Assembly: GCF_001194135.2 (NCBI RefSeq)
Contig: NC_068987.1
Location: 79,027,984 to 79,060,953, forward strand
Direction of reading: 5' to 3'
DNA: 32,970 nt
Source: Octopus bimaculoides
Taxonomy: Eukaryota
In this document: positions 23,570 through 32,970 of the stretch, piece by piece
Position numbering within the stretch: position 1 is the first letter of the stretch
Layout: every line of letters begins with the position of its first letter
Notes under the pieces: generated by a model
The model's input: the letters and a program-made list of their open reading frames with translations, nothing else
Database searches by the model: none
Told to the model about the DNA's origin: nothing
Translations under genes and position numbers: made by a program

Positions 23570-23860
23570 GTCATTCAGTCGGTTACGACGACAACGATTC
23601 CAGTTGATCCGATCAACAGAACAGACTGCTCGTAAAATTAACGTGCAAATGGCAGCGCACTCCACGGACACGTTTACCCTTATCATAGTTCTCAGGGAGA
23701 TCCAACGTAACGCAGAATGTAACAGGGTCGGCCCTTTGGATTACCTGTAGAACTCATTTTTGCCAGCTGAGTGGACTGGAGCAGCTTGAAATAAAGTGAC
23801 TTGCTCATTGACACAACACACTGCTGAGAATCGAACTCCTCACCTTACGACCATGAACGA
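23570..23860 (-). mobile_element. tRNA-derived CORE-like SINE with family C head and a different 3' body
   Basis: Minus strand AAGGTGAGGAGTTCGATTCTC (B box)...TTGTGTCAATGAGCAAGTCACTTTATTTCA...CCAGTCCACTCAGCTGGCAAAAATGAG aligns with 19210-19315; downstream sequence does not. Confidence 0.75.
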
Positions 23861-25014
23861 TAAAAAAATACCTGTAATATCCTAGTTATAGAAAATGGCT
23901 ACAAATAAGTGTCTTAATTGATAACCATTGCTCTCATGATGTTCTTCATATCTGTTCATCTGGGCCATCACTGGAAGCTTCTAATAGCATATATCACCTT
24001 TTGTATTTGAAGTGCTTGTAAGCAACTTCGTTCGAACCTTCTTTTGTATCTCGAGAAAGGAGCGCTATTTAGCTTTTAGCTGTACCTCACGACAATTCTC
24101 ACTTCGGGAATTGTCTTTCATGGACATATGATATCTCCTTCCGTTCTTGAAAACAGAGTTATGATACTTTCCGCCACGTTCTATTTTCAGTAATTCATCG
24201 AATGAGGCATCAATGTTTTTCGTGATCTGTCACTTTTGTGCTTCAAAATTTTTCATTTCTCTTGTAGTGTGCAGCGCAAGCAAAGAACGAAGTGTCACGG
24301 CTTTATTTTTGTGGTTTTCATTAATGTTTGAGTTCCCCTTAGTGTTTTATTACGCTTCTGACTAAAACGGTTGAGAAAGGTAAAATTAGTAACCATTAGA
24401 TAAGGAAAAATGCATCTAAATAGTACTAAGGATGATGATAAATACTTTATTACAAGCTTCAGACAGGACAAAGAATAAATAGGGGTACTGGGGAAAAAAA
24501 GACATGCAGTGTAACTCTAAACAAACACAAATCCGTACATACATAAATACACGCATACATACATACACCTCAAGACACGTGTGTTTGTGTATATAGGAAA
24601 GCGTGTAGTAGTACCTGTGTCTGTATGTCATTTGAGATTAGATACGTGTACGACTTCCACTCCACACTTCAATATGTACACCATGCATGCTCTACCTATC
24701 TAGCCACCCACCTCTTTTGTAGTTAACGTCTAATACCAATGGCCCTAATTACCAACAGGCAGTATTTATCAACCAATCTCCAGCTTTTGCCCATTTTCCC
24801 TTAGTTCTTACTGGCAGTTAGTCCTTGTGTCTATCTATCTATCTATCTAGCTTTCTATCTTTCTATCTATCTATTTGTTTCCTCCCCCCCTCTCTCTCTC
24901 TCTCTCTCTCTCTTATATTTATATATCATATATTTACACACACGCACACACGTTCCTGTATCTTCTTAAGCTTTCTCAAAAACTAGAACTTGCTTTCCAA
25001 AATATTCCACAGCA

Positions 25015-25050
<36 letters not shown>

Positions 25051-25051
<1 letters not shown>

Positions 25052-25097
25052 CATGACCGCAGTCAAATGACTGAAACAAGTAAAAGAGTAAAAAAAG
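25051..25097 (+). mobile_element. 5'-truncated terminal fragment of SINE family A inserted after (AAT)n
   Basis: GCATGACCGCAGTCAAATGACTGAAACAAGTAAAAGAGTAAAA matches the family A 3' end. Confidence 0.8.
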
Positions 25098-25106
25098 TGC
25101 TATCTT

Positions 25107-25267
25107 AATAATAATAACAATAATCCTTTCTACTATAGGCACAAGGCCTGAAATTTTGTGAGGAGGAGACCGGTCGATTACATCGACCCCAGTGTTTCAC
25201 TGGTAGTTAATTTATCGTCCCCGAAAGGATGAAAGGTAAAGTCAACCTCGAAGGAATTTGAACCCAC

Positions 25268-25268
<1 letters not shown>
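25107..25268 (-). mobile_element. SINE family B, 5' part of head missing
   Basis: (AAT)n followed by CCTTTCTACTATAGGCACAAGGCCTGAAATTTT...GTCGATTACATCGACCCCAG...CCGAAAGGATGAAAGGTAAAGTCAACCTCG...ATTTGAAC. Confidence 0.88.
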
Positions 25269-25323
<55 letters not shown>

Positions 25324-25450
25324 CCTTTCCATTACAGACAGAAGGCCTTAACTTTAGAAAGGGGGGGGGTCTAGTCGATTACAACGGCCCCATTGATGAA
25401 ACTGGTATTTTTTTTTATCAACCCCGAATAGGTGAAAGATAAATTTGATT
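25269..25450 (-). mobile_element. SINE family B, degraded, with long (TAA)n tail
   Basis: (TAA)n 25269-25323, then AATCCTTTCC...AAGGCCT...TAGTCGATTAC...ACTGGTATTT...TTATCAACCCCGAA. Confidence 0.75.
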
Positions 25451-25653
25451 GTGTGTAAATAAATCTCATACACACAGACCATATACTGTACAATTATCTA
25501 AAGATTTGGCTTCACACATACCAACCCCAAAATCTCATTTCTCGTTTATTTTCACCTCTGCTTTTTTTTTTTTTCTTGTCTCTTTTGTAACTTCTCTCTG
25601 GCATTCTTTTGTTGTTTGTTTTTGTTTTTTTATGTTATGAGTCTTTCCAGCTC

Positions 25654-25688
<35 letters not shown>

Positions 25689-25818
25689 TTTCTCTCTTCT
25701 GTCTATCTCTTAAATGTCTCCAAGTTGAGATTTTCTCCCTTCTTACGTTCTCAGTCTTTGTCCCATTCTCTCTAACCATCTCCCCCTCTCTCTCACTCTG
25801 ACCATCAACCTATTCAAT

Positions 25819-25884
25819 TGCGCGCGCGCGCGCACGCACACACATACACACACACATATACACACACACACATACACACACACA
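25819..25884. repeat. Alternating purine/pyrimidine tract (GC)7 plus (CA/TA)n; Z-DNA-prone
   Basis: GCGCGCGCGCGCGC at 25820-25833 continues in unbroken alternation to about 25884. Confidence 0.85.
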
Positions 25885-25947
25885 AATATGCAAGTGTGGG
25901 GTGTATGGTGTATGTATGTGTGTGTTTCTGTGTACAGCAGCAGCTGC

Positions 25948-26012
<65 letters not shown>
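25948..26012. repeat. (AGT)n microsatellite
   Basis: Direct reading. Confidence 0.95.
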
Positions 26013-26274
26013 CTATAAGGGTAACATGTGGTTCGATTCCCGTAATCGATCTTTCACCTTTCTCCATATTCGTATGTGTGTGTGTGTGTGTGTGTATGAG
26101 AGAGAGGGGGAAGAGGGAGAGAAGGAAAGCAAGAGAGAAGAAGAAAGAGGGACAGAGAGGAAGAAAGAGTGAGAAGGAGAGGGAGCGGGGAGATGGACGG
26201 ATCAATAACAGCCCTCCATAATATTAACATTGTTAACTTCTGTCCAGAACATCTCATTATTAACTAATCATAAT

Positions 26275-26293
26275 GCTCTCTCTATCTCTCTCC

Positions 26294-26362
<69 letters not shown>

Positions 26363-26410
26363 TTTCATTCCGAATCCCTGTCTGCCTGGCTCTCTCTGTC
26401 TCTCTCTCTT
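26275..26410. repeat. (TC)n polypyrimidine tract
   Basis: Direct reading. Confidence 0.9.
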
Positions 26411-26483
26411 TATGTCCCCAATCTTTCTATTCTATCTTTTTCTCTTCGAATCAACATTGCTTCTCTTTTGCATCCTCGCTCAC

Positions 26484-26624
26484 ATACTATTCCCCCGCTT
26501 CACCGTTTTCCACTTGTCTCTCGATCTCCCACTGCCACAGTAGAAGCCAGCGTGAACAGACAGTCGGTTAGTTTCGTCTACCATTGGTTGATTCCTGTAT
26601 ATCAAGGTTAGCTGGAATATAACT
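26484..26624 (-). other. Candidate 141-nt exon (5'UTR or coding)
   Basis: Strong acceptor CCATTTTTCTCTTCTTTCTTTTCATTTTTTCAG| at 26625/26624 and donor AGTAT|GTGAGC at 26484/26483. One frame is open throughout; ATG at 26584 gives MVDETNRLSVHAGFYCGSGRSRDKWKTVKRGNS. Confidence 0.4.
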
Positions 26625-26779
26625 CTGAAAAAATGAAAAGAAAGAAGAGAAAAATGGAACCTTGTTGTCTGCTACACTACAGGCACTCATCATTCCCAAA
26701 TGGTTATCTGCACACTAAATTTGCTGCCATTAATACGTTGTGTGTATGTGTATATTTGTGAATGGGAGAGGGGGATCTT

Positions 26780-26811
<32 letters not shown>

Positions 26812-28322
26812 TGCACACACACACGCATTACACAATGGCGTTGAACAAGCATGTTTAGAGCTACGAACTGTAGCCAGTGACAGAATAAAAGAGTGTGTGA
26901 ATGTGTGTTTATATATATATGTGTGTGTGTGTGTGTGCATGTGTAAAAGCACGCCTACATACATATATACTTATATAAAGACACTCACACACACGCAGAC
27001 ACATACCACACATACACACATACACGTACGCACGCGCGCGCATGCATAGAGAACGACGGGATCCTTCAGAATTGCACCAAGCCTATAATAAACGCCCATG
27101 GTATGTACACGCACAAACGCACACACGTATATTACAGGGATATATATGTAGATGATGTTTTGAGCCGTCGGGGATATTGAGAAGAACCGAAGGAAAAAAA
27201 CGAATAAGTATGTATTTAATAGTTAAAATATTGGCCAAGATCACATACACACTCACACATTTAATCTTGGTTAGCGCTTGTGCTCTGTCTCAATCAGATA
27301 AACATTCTTTCTCTTACTCTCTGTTATTGATGTCAAATTATTATACATGTGTATGGGTGTGCATGCATGCGTTTGCATCTGTGTGTTTATATATACATAC
27401 ATATACATATATNNNNNNNNNNNNNNNNNNNNNNNNNNNNNNNNNNNNNNNNNNNNNNNNNNNNNNNNNNNNNNNNNNNNNNNNNNNNNNNNNNNNNNNN
27501 NNNNNNNNNNNNNNNNNNNNNNNNNNNNNNNNNNNNNNNNNNNNNNNNNNNNNNNNNNNNNNNNNNNNNNNNNNNNNNNNNNNNNNNNNNNNNNNNNNNN
27601 NNNNNNNNNNNNNNNNNNNNNNNNNNNNNNNNNNNNNNNNNNNNNNNNNNNNNNNNNNNNNNNNNNNNNNNNNNNNNNNNNNNNNNNNNNNNNNNNNNNN
27701 NNNNNNNNNNNNNNNNNNNNNNNNNNNNNNNNNNNNNNNNNNNNNNNNNNNNNNNNNNNNNNNNNNNNNNNNNNNNNNNNNNNNNNNNNNNNNNNNNNNN
27801 NNNNNNNNNNNNNNNNNNNNNNNNNNNNNNNNNNNNNNNNNNNNNNNNNNNNNNNNNNNNNNNNNNNNNNNNNNNNNNNNNNNNNNNNNNNNNNNNNNNN
27901 NNNNNNNNNNNNNNNNNNNNNNNNNNNNNNNNNNNNNNNNNNNNNNNNNNNNNNNNNNNNNNNNNNNNNNNNNNNNNNNNNNNNNNNNNNNNNNNNNNNN
28001 NNNNNNNNNNNNNNNNNNNNNNNNNNNNNNNNNNNNNNNNNNNNNNNNNNNNNNNNNNNNNNNNNNNNNNNNNNNNNNNNNNNNNNNNNNNNNNNNNNNN
28101 NNNNNNNNNNNNNNNNNNNNNNNNNNNNNNNNNNNNNNNNNNNNNNNNNNNNNNNNNNNNNNNATATATACATACATATATATATATATATAATTTAAAG
28201 AAATTTTCTTAAATTTGAAATAATTAAATATAGAAAAAGACCTTTAGAAACACGGAATGGCACGAACTTTGAGGAAGTAAGTTTTCGTGTATACATACAT
28301 TCTTCCATGGGCAAATACAAAG

Positions 28323-28366
<44 letters not shown>

Positions 28367-28590
28367 ATCTATCTATCTCTGCGTGTGAGTGTGTGCGTTT
28401 GAATGTTTATATTTTTGTATGTAGCGATTTATTAAAGTTTCGTACATTTTTAATCATGAGTCAAAAATGACTTTTGTTTTAGGCACCCAAATATTTATAA
28501 TTCTTTGTAAAATGTTCTTTGAAACGGAATGTAAATCACGAAAGAATAAGATGAATCACGAGATACAGTGTTGATTCCTTACCTGTCATA

Positions 28591-28627
<37 letters not shown>

Positions 28628-29110
28628 CTTTCTTTTATCGACGCCAGCTCAAACCTGCGGCCTTGCTGGGTTGTATATATATATATATATATATATGTTC
28701 TATGTGTGCCATAAATATCGCCATCCGCTTTAGAGAAAAATTTGTAGTTTGGAATCAGTAGTTCTTTGACTGCTATTTCTAAATTTTCAGTTTGTTGGAG
28801 AAGCAACTCAATTGCTAATCCCTGTATATTTATGATGATAAATAGTTTTACCGATAAAGGTTTTTTTCATACTGAACTACTTGGCAAAATTGTTAATTAT
28901 TAATTCTATTATTAATTGACGATTCTCTGCACNNNNNNNNNNNNNNNNNNNNNNNNNNNNNNNNNNNNNNNNNNNNNNNNNNNNNNNNNNNNNNNNNNNN
29001 NNNNNNNNNNNNNNNNNNNNNNNNNNNNNNNNNNNNNNNNNNNNNNNNNNNNNNNNNNNNNNNNNNNNNNNNNNNNNNNNNNNNNNNNNNNNNNTATATA
29101 TATATATATG

Positions 29111-29141
<31 letters not shown>

Positions 29142-29437
29142 CTGTGTGTGCGTGTATGTATGGATGTATGTATGTATGTATGTGTCTATGTGTATCTGTG
29201 TCTGTGTGTGTATGTATATCAATTTGTTGCGCAATGCATAATAAATTCATAAAATCTTGTGGCTATCTCATAAAACTGCCCCTCATACAGCCTGGCTCTT
29301 GATGTACAATACACACTCACATACGTACACACAGATATGTACATATACAAAGAGAGAGATAGAGAGAAAGAGAGAGAGAGAAGGAGAGGGGGAGAGAGAG
29401 ACCGATAGATAGATAAATAGATAGATAGATAAATAGA

Positions 29438-29577
29438 TTAGCGGTGCTATTAAAAAAGCCCGATAAAATAAGTACCAGACTTTAAAAGTATAAGTTCTGC
29501 GTTTGATTTGTTCGAGTCAACCCTTCGAATCGGTACTCCACCATGACAGCGATCCATTGAGTGAAAACGAGAAAAAG
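29438..29577 (+). mobile_element. SINE family A 3' half, strongly degraded
   Basis: TTAGCGG...CCCGATAAAATAAGTACCAG...GTACTCCACCATGACAGC...GAAAAAG. Confidence 0.6.
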
Positions 29578-30275
29578 CTAAGTGTAAAAGCCATGTTCGC
29601 GTACATACATATGTTGTATACATATGTGTGTGTGTGTGTGTGTGCGTGTGTGTGTGTGTGTGAGGGTATTGTAGGTATGAGTGTTAAATATGCATGTTTG
29701 TGCGTGTGTATGCGAGTGTGTATGTATAGAGGCTTCTGTGTGTGTCTTTGACTGAAGCTGCGTGGGTGGAACGCTGGCGTGCGTGCGTGCGGGTGTGTAA
29801 GTGAGCGCGTCTAACTGTGTCTGTGTGTTGGTCTCGTTGTTGAATCCGAGCGCCTTCACTCGCCCCAAACATTCTCTCTACAGTCTTCAGTGATATTCAT
29901 TAACTCTCTCTCTATCCTTCTCTTTCTCTCCATTTTGCACTCACATCTCCTCCTGTCTCTATCTGTTTAACAGACACACACACACACACACACATGTACT
30001 CTCACACACACTCAGACATACTCAATCACACACACACACACACACATCTCTCTCTCTCTCTCTGTCTCTCTCACAGTCTCTGTCTCTCTCACAGTCTCTG
30101 TCTCTCTCTTCCTCCCTCTCATACGGTCTCTCTTTTTCTCACTTACTCCCTCAGGCTCATACATACGCACTCTCTCCCTCTCTTACACATACAAAGAAAA
30201 GTAGTTTCCTTCAAATTCATTCGTTTTGCTTCGTTCGTTTTCCTGTCAGTTTTAAAGACAAATTCTTTTACTCAC

Positions 30276-30460
30276 TTCCCAAAAGAACAATCGTAGAACT
30301 ACAACCACACGGGGGACACACGATATAAAAATAGACGAAACGGACAAGTAATCGTCAGCTAATTCCATTTGTGGATCACAAAACGACACTGGACATAAAA
30401 CAGATGCAACCGAAGCAACACCGGCTTTAGACCGACGTAAACATTGAACTCTCTCACTGT
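30276..30460 (-). other. Candidate first or 5' exon of an unidentified minus-strand transcript
   Basis: Donor GGGAA|GTGAGT at 30276/30275. ATG at 30368 (context ACAAATGG) is open to the donor (31 aa, MELADDYLSVSSIFISCVPRVVVVLRLFFWE). Upstream boundary is a guess. Confidence 0.25.
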
Positions 30461-30479
30461 CTGGCAGTCTGTCTCTGTA

Positions 30480-30503
30480 TGTGTGTGTGTGTGTCTATAT
30501 CTT

Positions 30504-30555
<52 letters not shown>

Positions 30556-30556
30556 G

Positions 30557-30592
<36 letters not shown>

Positions 30593-30609
30593 GTCTCTCN
30601 NNNNNNNNN

Positions 30610-30660
<51 letters not shown>

Positions 30661-30800
30661 GGCACACAATTATATATATATATAAATTATATATACACAT
30701 ATGCACATACATACATACATACATACATATATTCATACATACATACATACATACATACCACATACATACATACCACATACATACATACATAGATACACAC
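30480..30800. repeat. Compound (TG)n/(TCTA)n/(TCTG)n/(TA)n/(CATA)n microsatellite
   Basis: Direct reading; contains the 10-N gap at 30600-30609. Confidence 0.9.
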
Positions 30801-31412
30801 AAATAAGCACGTATATATATCCCCAAACGGATGATCATGGATAGAATACTCACTATCAAGGTGAGCTTAATTGGGAATGACCAAAATAAATCCTCTTGTA
30901 CCTTCCAACCTTCCTAAACGTTATATCAAATTGTTCGTGTATAAATGAATAGAAATGTAATATGTATGTGTCTCTATCTAAACAAATACAGGTATATTAA
31001 ACACCATATAGCATAAATTCTCGGTTTATGAAAATTATGTTCACCATTAAAGGATGTTTCATAATTGCCGAATGACAATTAAGATCAGCTTCATGTGAGA
31101 AAGGGAGATAATCTAAAGAATTAACCCCCCCCCCAATCTGACATAGCATTAATGGAAAGGACATGCTTATTTACTCGAGATAAGACAGTAGAGGACATGT
31201 TTCTGCCTCAGTAGGCGTCAGCAGCACGACACTTCTCCCATCCTAACACAAGGTACTTAAACATACAAAATTAGTAGTACATAGTGGAGGACAACATAAT
31301 TTGTATAATCAAACACAAATGAACGAAGAGAAATAACTGAGAGGGAACAGCAGCATGCATATCAAGCCATAGGTATCGTTGCGATATCATCGTTTTACTT
31401 AGCTTGATTTTG

Positions 31413-31563
31413 TAGGCGCGACTGGGCCCAGCCGCATGGTTCTGGGTTCAGACCCATTGCGTGGAACGTTAGGCAAATGTTTTCTACTATAGCCTTGGGC
31501 CGACCGAAGTCTTGTGAGTGGATTCGGTAGACGAAAACTGAAAAAATTCCGTCGAGTGTGTGT

Positions 31564-31628
<65 letters not shown>

Positions 31629-31843
31629 CTGTGTGTGATTCTGTTCACTATCGCTTGACAGCCTATGTTAGTTTGTTTACGTCTCCGTGACTCAGTGGTT
31701 CGGCAAAAGAATCCGACAGAATAAGTAACAGCCTTTAAAAAAAAAAAATTATTACAAGGGTCGACCCTTCCCGCTAACAATTATTCAAGGTGATGCCCCA
31801 GCATGGCCGCAGTCTAATGGTTGAGACAAGTAAAATATAAAAT
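31413..31843 (+). mobile_element. SINE family A, degraded, A box deleted
   Basis: TAGGCGC...GGGTTCAGACCC...TTCTACTATAGCCTTGGGCCGACC...GGTAGACGAAAACTG, internal (TG)n, CGCTTGACA, GTTCGGCAAAAG, CCAGCATGGCCGCAGTC...GAGACAAGTAAAA. Confidence 0.85.
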
Positions 31844-31923
31844 GTGTGTGTGTGTGAGCGTGTGTGTGTGTAAGTGAATATGTATTTATAACTGTGCTAC
31901 AACTAATCTACATCATTTTCTAC

Positions 31924-32075
31924 CAGCAGATTCGTTAGAGCATCTGGGCATGTGTCTAACGCTATTTCTCCCGACACCTTACGTTCTGAGTTCCAATTCT
32001 GCTAATCTGGATTCTGTCATTCATCCATTTCCGTTCAATAAAAATACGGTACCTGTCAAGGACTGGTGACGATGA
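31924..32075 (+). mobile_element. SINE family B head and partial body, old
   Basis: CAGCAGATTCGTTAG...TTACGTTCTGAGTTCCAATTCTGC...TCATTCATCC...AATACGGTACC. Confidence 0.6.
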
Positions 32076-32626
32076 CATCACCCAATCACTATTCCCTCAA
32101 AATTGATGTTGTGCCTAAAGTCAGAAGCCATTTTTAAAGTTATAGCAGTCATTTCGTTATATTACCATCAAGTAATGGGGAACGATGAAGAAAGGATTTT
32201 CTAATCGTCATCGTCATCGTCCTTTCCATCATCGTGTACTTCTTCATCAACAGCGTATGATAGAATAACGACTGTGTTAAAGGGACAACCAATTTAGACT
32301 GAACGCATGTCAGTTAACTCGCGCACTTTCATCCATTGACATATACAAAATATGCACGCATGCAGAAGCGCGAACACACAAACACATACCCATAAGTGCA
32401 TGAAGAGCATACATATATAAACAGTACATATATTTACATGCACATACATATATGTATATTCATCTAAACACACGCATATACACAAACAAACACACATATA
32501 TATGTGTGTGTGTACATATACATATAAATGTATATATTCATATATATATATATATATATAATGGAATGATTACTATGAAGCATAGTGTAGAATATATCGT
32601 ATAAAGATCGCTTACACACGATCATT

Positions 32627-32734
<108 letters not shown>

Positions 32735-32970
32735 CATATACATACACATATACATACATATATATATGCATTTACATATATACAAATTTATATATCTGTG
32801 CGTGTGTATGTATGTGAACGCTCACATATAAATATATACATAAGAATATATATTGACTTTCCAATATATCATTCATAGACTTCGTTGCTATCATTGACAA
32901 ATGAAAGATTGAGCTTTTTTTTTTTTCTAATGGAGTATCTTCTCAAAATATCCAGGGACTTATATATATG

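Larger units (their letters stand above)
885..30609. other. 14 assembly gaps: 885-1702, 2870-2969, 3731-4286, 4954-5909, 7756-8507, 10344-10794, 11982-12966, 13576-13749, 14357-14990, 17528-17928, 19876-20330, 27413-28163, 28933-29094, 30600-30609
   Basis: Runs of N, about 7.2 kb in total. Exons could be hidden inside them. Confidence 0.97.

Noticed and set aside
26029-26041. Isolated B-box-like GGTTCGATTCCC
   Set aside because: No A box, cloverleaf or SINE body; not a tRNA gene.
553-30859. All long ORFs containing X runs (e.g. 553-1707, 11837-13285, 27177-28193)
   Set aside because: Their length comes from N-gaps; the flanks are microsatellite translations (YIYI, HTHT, NNNN).
20854-31292. 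Shared 13-mer CATAGTGGAGGAC at 20854 and 31280
   Set aside because: A few such matches are expected by chance in this much sequence; the flanks do not align.

Overview
AT-rich, microsatellite-dense animal genomic DNA from a fragmented assembly, with 14 N-gaps totalling about 7.2 kb (about 22%); 11 of them abut (AT)n-type tracts. The repeats strongly resemble octopus (coleoid cephalopod) DNA. That assignment is pattern recognition from memory, not a search result. No protein-coding gene can be identified with confidence: nearly all supplied ORFs are microsatellite translations or run through N-gaps. The supportable content is about 20 full or partial copies of tRNA-derived SINEs in three groups, named here only for this window. 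Family A has an internal microsatellite and an octamer tail, family B has an (ATT)n tail, and family C has a CORE-like head and, in at least one copy, a (CAA)-rich tail. There are also many simple repeats and a few unique islands. Those islands carry minus-strand splice signals (30276; 26624-26484; 18159-18115; 14130) that may be the 5' exons of one large gene or lncRNA. The best leads are the candidate exon chain, module shuffling among the SINEs around a conserved GTCGA-loop-TCGAC hairpin, inverted SINE clusters that could form ADAR substrates, a GATA/K50-homeodomain site cluster, and two frames broken only by UAG stops. I found no convincing evidence of a new biological system; all of these are hypotheses to test.
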